Shown piece by piece: positions 26,963-41,039 of a DNA stretch of 64,000 nt. The position numbers and the translations under genes are program-made. The notes below the pieces were generated by a model. The model saw nothing but the letters and a program-made list of their open reading frames with translations, did no database searches and had not been told where the DNA came from. The DNA comes from the human T2T-CHM13v2.0 reference genome, Homo sapiens: the NCBI RefSeq assembly GCF_009914755.1, contig NC_060938.1; one strand, given 5' to 3'. How positions within the stretch are numbered: position 1 is the stretch's first letter; every line of letters starts with the position of its first letter.

Positions 26963-27285
26963 TATAGTGATATCTTTAAGTAAGCCTCTCCTATCTTCTT
27001 TTGAGCAGTTTTTCAAAGCAACAGGCACCTTATTAAATTAGAAAGTTGATGTGTTTCCCGAATGCCTGCTAATAAAGTAGAGAACTAAAGAACCTCTGTG
27101 ATTTCAATGAAGTCCATTCAGATGTTATGGGCTACTTGTTGCTGACAAGTATGGTAGGAAATGTAGGTCAAGCTGTCATAGGCAAATAGATCTTGCTGAA
27201 GAGGAAGAATTATTGGCTAAGATAACACCCTAGAACACCTGGCATACTTTAGACACAGCTAAATTGAATGCTTTCTGAGGAGGAG

Positions 27286-27676
27286 TGTATTAATCTGTTC
27301 TCACACTGCTATAAAGATATACATGAGAGTGGGTAATTGAAAAAGAAAAGGGATTGAATTGGCTCACAGTTCTGTGGGCTGTACAGACTTATGCTTATAG
27401 GGAGGCCTCAGGAAACTTACAATCATGGCAGAAGGTGAAAAGGAGGCAAGCACATATTCACATGGCTGAAAAGAGTCAGGGGAGGTGCTACACACTTTTT
27501 AAACAAGCAGATCTCAGGAGAACTTTATCATCAGACAGCACGAGGTGGATGAGGCTAAACCATTAGAAACCACCTCTATGATCCAGTCACCTTCCAGCAA
27601 GCCCCTCCTCCAACACTGACAATTACAATTCCATATGAGATTGGGGGTGGGGGGTGCACAAATCCAAACCATGTCA
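27286..27676 (-). mobile_element. MST-type MaLR solo LTR
   Basis: TGtattaatctgttctcacactgctataaag...ggctcacagttctg...caaatccaaaccatgtCA termini. Confidence 0.9.
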
Positions 27677-28408
27677 AGAAGCATTTTAAAAATTGAGGGA
27701 AGTTCTAATCAGATAGCAATTCAGGACAGGGCATTTCATCAGCATAACACTCCTCTCAATACATGCCAAAATGGGAAAAAGGAAAAATTGCAAGGACGAA
27801 GATGGGACACAGCAAAATGACAAGATGACTAACAAGATGACCCCTGTGGAAAGCATTTACTGATTCAAAAACCAAATAATGAAGAAAATAAGAGCAAATT
27901 TGCTGAGTTTATATGCTCTTTATGCTTATTAGGGAAGGGCAGAAGCCAGCCCCTCAACATTGTTATTATTAATTAACATCATCACCACCTGCTCTTAAGT
28001 GTCTAGATACTTTCTAGAATCTAGTATTATCTTCACTCAAATGTTTTTTGGATATGCCCTTCGTGCATGTGATACTGCAAAAACATTCTACATTAGCCAC
28101 AGCAAGATGGCTATGTAATAATTGGGATCACTTTAGGGGAGGCTATTTGTACCACATTTTGAGACAGAAAATGAAGTAAAGATGTCCATTTGTCAATTTC
28201 TTCTACGTTATGTCAAACATTCAAAGAGCTTATTTTATTTATTTCAAAGATGTATACATGTTGAAATTAAAATTTAAATTAAGAAAATTTATAAACTGAG
28301 TCAAAAGAAAAGTAAGTGAGGCAGTTGGTTAATGTGTCGGTTAATGCCACCATAGTTCTGCATGCCCTGGAAGTGTCAGGCATAAACAACTCTAAAGTAT
28401 TCGGCATG

Positions 28409-28685
28409 CAGCCAGGTGTGGCAACTCATGCTGTCATTCCAGGACGTTGAGAGGCTAAGGCAGGTGGGTTGCTTGAGCTCAGAACTTTCAGACCAAGCAA
28501 GGCCACATGGTGGAACCCCGTCTCTATGAAAAATATGAAAATTAGCCAAGCATGGTGGTGCCCGCTTTTAGTACCAGCTACTGGAAAGGCTGAGACGATC
28601 ATTTGACCCCAGGAGGTTGAGGCTGCAGTAAGCTCTGGTTGCACCACTGCACTCCAGCCTGGGTGAAAGAGGGAAACCCTCTGCC
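28409..28685 (+). mobile_element. AluJ
   Basis: Diverged dimeric Alu. Confidence 0.85.
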
Positions 28686-30136
28686 CAGGACTCTTGGGAT
28701 ATGACTATATCCATAGGGACTGCCCGCAGTAACCTCACATTTGAGTGGAAGTGGAGATCGTATGTACCTACACCAATATGTAGCAAAAAAGAAAAACAGA
28801 AATGATAGCAGAAATGGCCCAAAGAATAAAAGAAGGTGGGGGTAATTGAGAGAGGCTTTCTGGTGATAAAATTTGAACTGATTTCTGGAGAATGGGTTTA
28901 ATTCCAATAGGGGGAGATGGACCAAATTTAATTTTGATGAGGGAAATGTCTTGAGCAAAATCTAGAAAAGGAAAATATGCCCATTTTAAGTTTTAATGAG
29001 TGGTCCAGTTGGGGTACAGTGCAAGAAGAGAGTTCTAGTGAAAAGGTAGTTGGTCTGATAGGTGAGGGTCTTGCAGGCAGAGGCAGATACTATCATTATT
29101 CCGTTTTTCAGATTGGAAAACAGACACAGAGAGTCCAAGGTCACAAAGACAGAAAGGGAATCTGGGCAGTCTAGCAGTAGCACCCTCTTCTAAAATGATC
29201 CGTTAAAGGGCCTCTTCTCCAGGCACTCTAAAACCCTTCTCCATCTTTAGTTCCCCAGAGTACAGTGAGGCCCCCTGTCTACCTCACAGGACGGGGTCTC
29301 AGAAAAGCAACAGATCCCAACTCATACTAGCTTTTAAATAAAAAAATTTATAACCTTGCAAAACAAGAAGTGCAGAGGTTGGGCAAGAGCCAGCCCTGGT
29401 TCATTCAGCAGCTCAACAATAAATCCAAGGACCTGGGTATTGGTTCACCTCTCCACACCACCGTCCTCATGGGCCAGCTTCTACCTCCTCCTGAATACTG
29501 TGTCTTTGCCTAGTTTTCTCCCTGATTTTGGCTCAATTGCTGATTCCTGGAGGCATCCTTTCCTGCCTCTGTCTTGGGGTCAGTCTGCCTTCGCAGGCTC
29601 TTGCAGCACACCTGGGTCTGCTGCACTTTCCCTTATTACATAATTTTGTGACTAATGTCAGCTCTTTCTGTTAGATTCTAAGCTCCACTAGGGAAGAAAT
29701 TCTGTGCATTTTTGATCACTATTGAACCCTGGAGTCTACCACTCAAATACTTGTCAAATGAGTAAATGGTAGCTCTGTGCAGGGCCAAGGAACCCAAGAA
29801 CCACAAGAAATAATCTGCCAAAATAGTCATTACAGCTCACTCTCCTCTGGTGACATTTCCCTGAGGCACATTGCTGTTGGTTTCTTCCCCTCAAGAAGCA
29901 TTCTTCTTTCTCCTTCCTATAAAAGCCAGGTTTTTCTCAGATAGCCACACCATGCCCCATGCAAAGAGATTTGGATTATTATACCATCTTGAAGCATTTC
30001 TGTGGAAACTGCTATCAGCCAGGTGGCCCATGACCTAAGTTGACCCAAGCCGACTGAAGGGAGGATGTATTCTATGCACCGTATGGAATTCCACAGGGTG
30101 CTGGTTTCCCCAGCTGCTGCTGGTGGTCATCATGTA

Positions 30137-31146
30137 GTGAAGATATTTCTTTTTTCAGCATAGGCCTCAAAGGGTTCCAAATATCCACTTGCAGATTCTA
30201 CAAAAAGACGGTTTCCAAACTGCTCAATCAAAAGAAAGTTTCAACTCTGTGAGAAGAAAGCACACATCACAAAGAAGTTTCTCAGAAAGTTTCTGTCTAG
30301 TTTTCATGTGAAGATATTTCCTCTTTCCCCTTAGGCCTCAATGGGCTAACAAATATCCCTTTGCAGATTCTACAAAACGACGGTTTCCAAACTGCTCAAT
30401 CAAAAGAAATGTTCAATTCTGTGAGATGAATGCACACATCACAAAGAAGTTTCTCAGAATGCTTCTGTCTAGTTTTTATGTGAAGATATTCCCTTTTCCA
30501 CCACAGGCCTCAAAGCGCTCCAAATATCCACTCGCGGTTTCTGCAAAAAGAGTGTTTCAAAACTTCTCAATCAAAAGAAAGGTTCAACTCTGTGAGATGA
30601 ATGCACACATCACAACGAAGTTTCTCAGAATGCTTCTGTCTAGTTTTTACGTGAAGATATTTCCTTTTCCACCATAGGCCTCAAAGCACTCCAATTATCC
30701 ACTTGCAGATTCTACAAAAAGAGTGTTTCAAAACTGCTCAATCAAAAGAAAGCTTCAACTCTGTGAGATGAATGCACACATCACAACGAAGTTTCTCAGA
30801 ATGCTTCTGTCTAGTTTTTAAGTAAAGATATTTCCTTTTTCACCATAGGCCTCAAAGTGCTCCAAATATCCATTTGCAGATACTACAAAAAGACTGTTTC
30901 CAAACTGCTCAATCAAAAGAAAGGTTCAACTCTGTGAGATGAAAGCACATATCACAAAGAAGTTTCCCAGAAAGTTTCTGTCTAGTTTTTATGTGAAGAT
31001 ATTTCCTATTGCCCCATTGGCCACAATGGTCTCACAAATATCCCTTTGCAGATTCTACTAAACGACTGTTTACAAACTGCTCAATCAAAAGAAATATTCA
31101 ACTCTGTGAGATGAAAGCACACATCACAAAGAAGTTTCTCAGAATG
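30137..31146 (-). repeat. Isolated alpha-satellite block, 5.9 monomers, no CENP-B box
   Basis: GTGAAGATATTT-type starts at 30137, 30308, 30480, 30651, 30822 and 30993 (171-172-bp period); alphoid motif caactctgtgagatgaatgcacacatcacaaagaagtttctcagaa. Confidence 0.98.
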
Positions 31147-32504
31147 TCATGTAACCAAGGTATTGCTAGTGCTTATGGAGAAAATAGAGCAAGTGGAGAG
31201 AAACTGAGTAGGTAAAAGTGGACAGGGCTTGGTGATGTTTGGGATATGAGGGATAAGACAGAGGATGGTCTTAGGAAAATCTCCTGTTCTTTCTTTTTGG
31301 ACAATGGTATAGAGGAATAAAAGTTCCAATCACTGGGATAGAAAACACTTGGAAAATATGAGATTCATCCAGGCGAGTCTTTCATAAACTATTCCATAAT
31401 CAGTTTTATAAGTGAAAGGGAGTCAGAACTCATCTCAACCTTGTTTGCTTCTATCATACTGCGTTGTACCCTGTTGGATCTACTTATCATATTCTTCCTG
31501 GTAGCAGACTTACCTACTAATGTTTGCACTTACTCCTTGCCGGCCTGGAAGCTCTGAGGCAGCAGGAGCAGTGTGTGTGCCCACGTGTGTGTGCACTTTC
31601 TTGGGTGTGTGTGTGTCTGTGTAATTGGATTCCCCACAGCACATTATTGTTTTATCCATAGTAAATGGTGGATGAATATTTGCAGTATTTAACTGGACTG
31701 CAGCATTGTGGAGGTCAGATAACCACATTTTGATAGACAAGTTGCATTCTAACCTTGAAGCAAACAAAATGCCCATCTTATCAGCCTCCCTCACACTGGC
31801 TGTGCCTTTCCTTTGTGGTTGTATGTTTAAAGAGCTCATCCAACAAGCTTCTTAAAAAGGGGATTGGACCTTTGCCAGCCTCTGGCTGCATGGCAGGTTG
31901 ACTGTGTCTTTGAATATCCCTGATGGAAGCTGGTCATCCTTTTGTCTTTGGGTGAATAGACTACTCAGGAAGGCAGGGATGAATGCACCCCCCACCCTGC
32001 TTTCTTGTTAACGAGTTTGCCATTTATTTTGGCAGATCTGAAATAGTATTTCAAAGGCAGTGCAGAAGCAGATGGGGACATTACTTGTAATTGTTTAATA
32101 CTGTTATGACATGACATTTGCTTACAGAAAGAGAGGCAAGCCACCATCTTCAAGGGAGGGCATAGTCATCGACTGTGATCCTGGTGTCCATGTTGGAATA
32201 TCATGGCAACTATCTCCCAGCACTGGACTTGATTACTTCTACTGCATTCCCAGTGATAGCTGAGTTGCTTAATTTACTTTCTTCAACACCGTTTGTGAAA
32301 GGGAAGCTAGAAAACTGCACTATGTATGGCTTAGTGCACTGAAAATTTGACGTTATCAAAGGAGCCATGATCTCGTCTTTCTCTATCCCTCTTCAAATGT
32401 TTTCTATAATTATATTCAAAGGCTCATGGGTCTTACCATGGGTCATCGAGGAAGGGCTGGTAACTCTTTAAACCACAGGTAAAATATTACAAACATCTGA
32501 AACC

Positions 32505-32780
32505 TGCATTTTTACAGGTGAGAGAAATGAGGCCAGAAAAGTTAAGTGCATCATGTTGAATACAATTTTATTTGGTGATCAGGCAGCCCTGGGTTCAAAT
32601 CCTGGCTCGATTGCTACCAATTAAGCCACTTAACTCCATCTGAGCCTCAGGTTGTCCATCTGCGTAATAAGCAGTAATAGCAGCTATCCTGTAGGACTAC
32701 TGTGAGAATTACAACTCAGGCAATGACCATGATATTTCTTGGCACAGAGGTGTTCACTACTTAGGTAGTGTTATTATTAT
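32505..32780. mobile_element. MIR fragments (two orientations)
   Basis: catttttacaggtgagagaaatgaggcc... and ctgggttcaaatcctggctc...ctgagcctcaggttgtccatctg. Confidence 0.7.
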
Positions 32781-34079
32781 GTCTAAAGTCACAAAGGGAG
32801 TTTTTGAGAAAGCTGGAATGAAAACTTGTTTCTCTCAACTCTGACCTTATTAGAGCACACTGTTGCTTGAATAAAGCAGCCCTGCAGTCTCACAGTGGAG
32901 GGTGTTTGTAACATCTGCTCAGGCACGGTTTCATTTACTATATACCCAGAGACTAGCACTGTACAAGTTGTGGGGAGATACTCATGTGAGTTGGTGGACA
33001 TTTGGTCAAATATTTTCCCTAAACCCAGGTCTCTATGGCATTCTACAGAACACTCTGCATCCTTCTAAGGGACACTCGAAGAGCAAATGGATTGTACAGT
33101 GAGTTACAAATAAAATGGCCAATCTCAGCATGAAAGACTGAGGGTGTTACCTGAATGAGGATGCAGACCCTCCATCTACATATAAGCAAACCTAGGTGAC
33201 CATGAGCCTGCCAGAAAGAAATCACATGCTATGTAAAGGCTTAGTAACAGTGATGAATATCTGAACTTGAAATCCAGCTCCAGAGCAGTTCAGTGGCCTC
33301 TCTTCCAGGAACAGAAGCCAAAGCAGCTCAGGATTCTTGAAGGCTCTGAAAGGTCAGTGAGAATCCTGGTATATGTTAAGACTTTCCCACCAAAGAAGGG
33401 CTCCGTGTGTAGAGACTGAAAAAGGATTCCCAACTTTGGTCCCTTCAAAACCAGAAACAAAGGTGGGGGATAGCCCAATTAAGTGGCCCTAGAGATTTGC
33501 CCAGGAGCTGGAGCCTTCCGGAGAAGTCCAGTTTTCCTATGCAGGGAGAGGACTGGGAGTTCTCTGGTCACAAGCGTTCTGCCTTTGTTTTCATGAAGCT
33601 ATGTCTCTTACCTGGTAAGAAAAATGGAACCGCATGCAGCTGCTGAAAACTTTAACCAGAAACCCAAAGATGTTGGCACAAAGAAAGGAGGCCTGAAGAA
33701 AACAAGTGACCATGAAAACACATTTAGCTCTTAATCTGACCCATTTCTCATGGGCCAGGCCTGGTGCCAGGAATGCGGTGATGAATAAGGCCTGAGCTGA
33801 GATTGTGAGGATGAGAGGGAGTCCACCCTGTGGGGATCTGGGATGATAGAAGGGCTCCACAGATAGAGGACCCGGGTGGCCAGAAGTTCTGCTGAGTGGA
33901 AAAGGGCTTGGAGTAACTGAGGTCAGCTGGATTCCTTAAACACTGCCCAGAGCCCTTGAAGCCATCTAAGGGCACACTTCTCAGGGCTGCTCTGAACCAC
34001 ACTCAACTGGGAATCTTTTAAGGACAGCTGCTGGGTTAGGCTTGCCAGAGATGGTGCAGTTTTTCCCCACGGCGGTAGA

Positions 34080-36310
34080 GGAACAGACCGCCTCTGTGCA
34101 GGAGCGGGGCCTCACAATGCCTTGGACTAGGGCAAAGGAGGATCTCCGCCTCTCCCCGTTCTGGGCTAAGACATGGCAGGACGCCGACCCATGGCTCCAT
34201 GGACTCTGGCACCAGAGGACCCCCACTCTCCAGCGCCCTAGACTGAAGCAGAAGACCTCAGACCTGCTCCGCCCTGAACGAGAGTACAGTGGGACCCGCG
34301 ACCCGCCCTGGCCTCAGGCACTGGAGGACCCCTGCAACGCCATGCGCTAGACTATGCTACTGAAGGACCTCTCCCCCGGCTCCGCCCTGGACTAAGGTAC
34401 CAGAGGATCCCCGCCCCGCCCCGCTGTGTCCTGGCTGTGCCACTGCAGAACCCCCACCCCTCCACACCCTGGACTGTGGCTCCCGAGGACCTCGGCCCTG
34501 GCTCGCCCTGAGCTATTCCTGCCCCTCTGTGCTCTGGACTGTGGATCCAGAGGACCTGGTCCTGAGGCAATTTGGGCTACCGCGTGGACTCCAGGACCTC
34601 AGTCCCGCCGGGCCCTAGACCAAGACAGGGGAGAACCTCTGACCCACCGCCCCCTGGATAGGGCACCAGAGGACCCACATCTTGCCGTGCCCTGGACTAC
34701 AGCACGGAGGGACCCCGATCCGCCGGGCACTGGGCTCCTGCACAGAGGAACCCCCGCCATGGAGATCTGGACTATCCTTGCCCCACCGCACCCTGAACTA
34801 CTGCACGCCAAGACCCTCGCCTGAAAGCGCCCTACACTCTGGCATGGGGGAACCCCGCCCCGCAGAGCCCTGGACTCTGGCGTTGGAGTACTCCCACTCC
34901 ATTACGTCCTGGACTTCTGCACCAGAGGACTCCTGCCCCACCGCACCCTGGACACCTGCACTAGAGAACCCTGCCCCGTCGCCCCCTAGACTATGGCCCG
35001 GGAGGATCCTTGCCACCGACTTCGGAACAATAAGGCCCCTGACCCGCCATGAACTGGATTCCAGCACTGGAGGACCCCCTGCCACGGCGCTCTCTGGGTT
35101 ACAGCTGCCCCACCGCGTCCTGCACTACAGCACAGAAGGACTGCCGTCCCTCCGCGCACTGGACTGGGGCACAGCAGGACCGGGGTCTCGTGCGTGGTGG
35201 ACTGCAGGCCGAGGTGACCCCCTCCCCGCCGCGCGTTAGACTATGGCACAGGAGGACCACCACTCCCGCATGCCCTGGACCACTGCAGGACAGGTCGCCC
35301 ACTCCGCCGCACCCTGGAATATGGCACTGGAGGACCCCTGCCCTGCCGCTCCGAGGACCCCACCACCGAAGACCCTCGCCCCCCTGCGCCCACGACAAAG
35401 GCAAGCGAGGACCTGGCCTCACCGCCCCGTGGGCTATCGCATAGGAAAACCCCCACCCCACCCCCACCCCGCGCCAGAGACTCTGACAAGAGAGGACCCC
35501 TGCCCCCTGCTCCCCGGACTACAGCGAGGCAGGAACCACACTCCTCCCAGGTCCTCACTATGGCAACTGTGGACCCCCGCCCTGGTACCCATGGACTAAG
35601 ACACTGAAGGACCGTGACCCCACCACGCCGTGAACTCCAGCATTGGAGGACCACTGCCTTACTGCGGACTCAGACACTGGACTATCGCAGGGCAGGATCC
35701 CTGTCCCGCCATGCCCTACACTATGGCACGGGAGGACCCAGCCTCACTGTGCTCTGGACTCCAGCACCGGAGGACTCCTACACGGAGGACTCCCGTTCTG
35801 CCACGTCCTGGACTCCTGCAGAAGAGAACCCCCGCCCCGCTGCACCCTGGATATAGCAAGGCAGGAATCCTGCCCTGTCGCGCTCTGGACTGTGGCACCT
35901 GAGGATCCACGCCCCAGCGCGCCCTGGACTACTGCTCCGCAGGACTCCTGTTCTGCTGCACCCTGGACTACGGCACCAGAGGACCCAGCTCCCGCCGGCC
36001 TGAGCTATGGCACCAGAGGACCCAGCTCCCGGCAGCCTGGACTATGGCACCAGAGGACCCAGCCCCCCGCTTCCTGGGCTAAGGCACAGTAGGACCCTGC
36101 CTCATCGTGTACTCCTGCTCAGGAGGACCCTCGCAGGGCGGCGCACTGGACTAAGCTACTGAAGGAGCCCCACCCCTGCCTAACCCTGGACTAAGGCACT
36201 GGAGAACTCTTGCTCCGCAGAGCCACGGACTCTTGCACAAGAGAACCTCAGCCCAGCCGTGCCCTGGACTGTGGCACAGTAGGGCCCACACCACGCCATG
36301 GACTCCTGTA
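34080..36310. repeat. GC/CpG-rich diverged minisatellite, ~38-bp unit (consensus ~CCCTGGACTATGGCACCAGAGGACCC plus C-rich linker), about 55-60 copies
   Basis: GGACT-type anchors at 34201, 34240, 34276, 34310, 34349, 34389, 34433, 34471 and onward; ORFs show a 13-aa period (APWTTAPEDP..). Confidence 0.92.
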
Positions 36311-36349
36311 TTGGAGGAAGAGTAGTGATAAATGTCCAGGTTTACAACT

Positions 36350-39200
36350 TGAAAAGTAGCAATCAATGTGCCACAATAGATGGATGCGATGTAAAATTAT
36401 AAATGATGAAAACATTATGTGTAATTGCCTAGCCAGAACAGTTACACAAGACAAAGACGTAAAAGAAATCCACATAGGGAAGGAAGAGGTAAGATTGTTT
36501 CTGTTTTTTGAAAATATAATCTTAAGATAGAGAAAATCTTAAAGACTCCACCAAAATAAATGGTTATAGCTGATGAAGAAATTCAATAAAGTTAATAGTT
36601 ACAAAATCAACATACAAATATCATTATTGTTTCTATTAACTAATGACAAACTATTACCTGAAAAATAAAGGCAATTCAATTTATAATAGAATCAAAACAG
36701 ATATATAAATATATAAAAGACAGGAGTAAATTTAATCAAAACCATAAGAGATTTACATACTGAAAACTATAGCACATTGATGAAAAAAATTAAAATGGCA
36801 TAAATAAATGGAGAAACATCCTTTATTGATGGATTCAAAAATTAGTATTGTAAAAGTGTCAATGCTACCCAAAGCAATCTACAGATTAAATGCAACCACT
36901 ATCAAATTCCAATGTCATTCTTCACAGAAATAGAAACATTACTGCTAAAATTTGTATGGAACCACAAAAGACCTGGACCAACCAAAGCAATCTTGAACAA
37001 AAAGAACAAAGCTGGAGGCATCAGACTACCTGACTCCAAACTCTATTACAAAGCTATAGGAATTAAAACAGCATAGCAATGGCATAAAAACAGACACGTA
37101 AAACAGTACAAAGGGATATAGAACCTGTAAATAAATCCGTGTGTCTGTGGTCAATTGATTTTTTGATAAAATAACTAAAAATACACAGTGAAGAAAGAAA
37201 ATTATTTTCAATAAATGGTGTAGACAAAACTGACTATCCACATACAGAAGAATAAAATTTGACTTTTATTTTGCTCTTTATACAAGCATCAAATCAAAAT
37301 TAAAGTTTAAATGTAAAACTACTACAAGGAAATATAGAAGGAGACTGTATGACATTGGCCTGAGCTATGATTTTCTGTAGATTATTCCAAAAGGCAACAA
37401 AAGCAAAACACACAAATGAGACTGCATAAAACTTAAAACTTTTCCACAGGAAAAGAAGCAATGATAGAATTAAGAGAACCCACAAATGGGATAATATTTT
37501 TAAACCATACATCAGATAAGGGGCTCATATAATAATATATAAGCAACTCAACCTACTCAAAAATAAGAAAAAAACTATGCTTATTAAAAAATAAGCAAAG
37601 AATCAGAATAGACATTTCCTACGTCATACAAAAGGCCAACCAGGTACATGAAAAAATCATAAACATTCCTAATTATCAGAGAAGTGCAAATCAAAGCCAC
37701 AATGAGATATCACCTCACACATTTTACTAGGGCTATTATAAAAAAAGATGGAAGATAAGTGTTGGTGAGGATGTGGAGAAAAAGAAACCCTGTACACTGT
37801 TGGTAGGAATGGAAATTAGTACAGCCATCTTGGAAAACAGTACGAAGCTTTCTCAAGAAATTATAAATATATTTACCCTATGATCCATCAATCCCACTTC
37901 TGGATATGTGTCCAAAGGAATTTCAATCAATATGTCAAAAAGAGACATCTGCAATTTCATGTTCATTGCAGCAATATTCATAATAGCCGTGAATTACAAA
38001 CAACCTAAGTGCTTATCAACTGAAGAATGGATAAAAATATGTGGAAAAATTGGAACCCTTCTACATCACTGGTGAGACCTTAAAATGTAAAACAGTCTGG
38101 CAGTTCTTCAAATGGTTAAACATAGAGTTATCATATGACCCAGCAATTCCACTCCTATGTATTTACCAAAAAGAAAAGAAAACAAATGCTACACAAAAAG
38201 TAGTACACAAATGTTTATAGCAACAAAAAGTAGAAAAGAACAGAAATGTTCATCAACTGAGGAGTGGATGAATAAAATGTGGTGTGTCTATAAAATAGAA
38301 TCTTATTTCTTAACAAAAGGGAAATAAGTGTTAATGCATGCTCCAAAATGGATGAACATTAAAAATATGTTAAGCGAAAGAAGTGAGTAAGAAATGACTA
38401 TGTGTTATTATGATTCCGTTTATGTGAAATGTCCAGAATAGGCAAATTCATAGTCAGAAATTAGATGAGTGGTCACCTAGACTAGGAGGGGTTTTAAAAA
38501 GGCTAGAAAAATTAGGGAAAGATTGCTAATGGGTGCAAGTCTCTTTTAAGGGCATTAAAATGTTCTAAAATTATCTTATGAAGATTATTTGTCCACCCAG
38601 TTAATATACTAAAAGAATTTGAAGTTTGTACTTTAAATGAGTGAATTACATAATGTATGAATTATATCTCAATAAAGCTGTGGAAAATTAAAAGCATATG
38701 TAGGATGCATACAAAAATACTACTTATCTTTATAAATGAATGAAATTCTGTCATTTGCAAAAACGTGGATGAATTTAGAGGACATTATACTAAGTAAAAT
38801 AAGCCAGACACAGAAAGACAAATATCTCATGATACCACTTACATGTGAAATCCAAAAATGTGCACTCATAGAAGTTAAGAGTAGAATGGTGGTTTATCAG
38901 AGGCTGAGCAGGTCGGGTGGCGGGGGTGGAAAAAGGGGAAATATTCAATGGGATAATGCTTCAGTTAGGAGAAATACATTCTGGTGATATGGTACACAGC
39001 AAAGTGACTGCAGTTACTCATAATATAGTGCATATCTTAAAAGCGCTAAAATAGTACATTTTAAATGTTTCACCATAATGTAATAAATATCTGAGGTGAA
39101 GGATATGTTATTTAGCCTAATTTGTCCACTTCACAATATTTACATGTATTGTACCACATTGTATCCCATATATATTTATCGATAAAAACAAAATTTTCAA
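36350..39200 (+). mobile_element. L1M ORF2 3' half and 3'UTR with a nested L1 3' fragment
   Basis: ctacccaaagcaatctacagattaaatgcaa..., aaaaagaacaaagctggaggcatc...; two 3'UTR ends (~38690 and ~39190). Confidence 0.85.
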
Positions 39201-39756
39201 AAGTTAGAAAAACAGATGTGCTAGATCTTCATCTAAAGACATTTCTGAGAAAAATGTATCTGTTTTCTTTCAGAAGAAATTTACACTTAATAGATATTAT
39301 GGTAACTAAAGTAAGGCAGATAATTTTGGCCATCAGCTTATATTGTGGGATAATCTCTTTTTGCTGACCTTGAAAAGCTGTGGCATATTCACAACAAGTA
39401 GGAAAATTTTTTTATCATGATCAGGTAAAGGTTCTGCATGCTTCTATTTTGAATAATATTTTCCCCTTAGAATCACAAAGTGTGAATGCCTTTTATTTCA
39501 GAGGTCTAGCCCTAAATGGTTTAGTCAATTACATCATGCATTCTGAAATAAGTACTGGTGCATTTGTGAAGGTACTATATATAATTGTGTTTTTAATTTA
39601 ACCATCATGTAAGTCTACTTTTCTAGTTAAGAGTCTATATTTTATAGAGGCCCTCCATATATATAGAAGAGCTTTTCTGACAGTATATCCATTAAATTGC
39701 AAAGATAAATAAAGGAACAATTTTGCTTTCATTTTTTATTATTGTTATTATTTTTC

Positions 39757-39795
39757 AAGGCTAGTCAAGTGAAGCAGTGGGAGTGGAGAAGGAAC
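39757..39795 (-). pseudogene. 5'-truncated Y3 RNA (RNY3) retrocopy
   Basis: Reverse complement GTTCCTTCTCCACTCCCACTGCTTCACTTGACTAGCCTT equals the 3' end of hY3 as I recall it. A-rich tail; 13-bp TSD TGCTTTCATTTTT at 39724 and 39796. Confidence 0.9.
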
Positions 39796-41039
39796 TGCTT
39801 TCATTTTTATATGTTGGTGTTACAGGCTGTATGTGACAGGCTATATATTTGTCTGCTGAATTTTAGAAACAAAGTGAAATATTTATTTCATATTTCATTA
39901 GATAGGGATGATGATTACATTGAGGGATTGGGACTAGACTGAAGGCACCACATCATCAATCACTTGGAAACAAAATTTTGCCTATGTGTTATGTTATATT
40001 GGCAAAAACTTTTATTGTGTCAGGCGATATAGCTCCCTATTGAAATATGTGAAAAATGCAGAGAAAAAAAGGCAGGATTGGTTATCAAGGGATATTTAGG
40101 CCTGAGATACATGATGCAAATATTGAAAACGTACACTTTTTAAAATTTAGATTTAAAATGTAAATTGAAGCAGAGCATTTAGAAAAAGACATAATATCTA
40201 CTATAAAAGTCCTGGGTTAGAAAAGTTAAAATACTAAATGAAAAAATAATGCTTCTTGGGTGGCTTAAAATCAAATATGAGACAAAAAATTACTCAGAAA
40301 TTTTTCTAAGATTAAAAACATGTATACAGTTTCTTTGATACAAAATGAAATAAATGTCTGGATGTAACTTTAATAGAATAGAATAGGGAGACAAGGGCAA
40401 AGAGCAGGTGTATGCAGAATGAAGTGAACATATTATTGTAACAATGAGAGGGACAGAGTTGAATGACTGCTCTTGGAGACAAGGAGTTTTGATGTCTAAG
40501 TTAATGACAAATCTTTTGTTTGCAAGTTAAAAAAATGTAACTTAAACTTGGTGAAGGAATAAAGGGTGGTTGGGGGGATGACTCTTTGTACATTAAACTT
40601 GTTTTAATGACTAATGAATTAATCATAAGTTCAAATGATTTTATGGAGGCCCTTTCTTTTTTATTTGATGTTTCTGGACTCCTTTTTTCTTTGTATTTGC
40701 TCCATTTTTACCTACTTGAACAATTTTTACCCTCGAAGTTTAGGAAACACTGTAACCAAATGTGCCAACATGATGTGATCCCTGAAAGCATTTGCAGTTG
40801 GGGGATTAGAAGAAAAGGGCTTTCTCTTTCAACAAATGCATGTTAATCTCGATGAAAACTCAGAAGTTTAAACATGGTCCTCCTTGGGTCATGTGGCTAC
40901 CCCAGGACCAATCATTGCACAAACATAGGAGATACTCTCAAAAGCCAGGCTGGAGTCAAGGTTATCCAGTGGAGTTTCCACTTTAAAAATCAGTTTTGTC
41001 AGCCTTTGTGTTTGCATATTACAGACATGATAGCTGTCT

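Noticed and set aside
30137-31146. Functional centromeric array or CENP-B boxes
   Set aside because: Only ~6 diverged monomers; the box position reads ttccttttccaccatagg, not the CENP-B motif.
34080-36310. CRISPR-like repeat/spacer appearance
   Set aside because: Primate DNA, degenerate repeats, short mutually related linkers and no cas genes.
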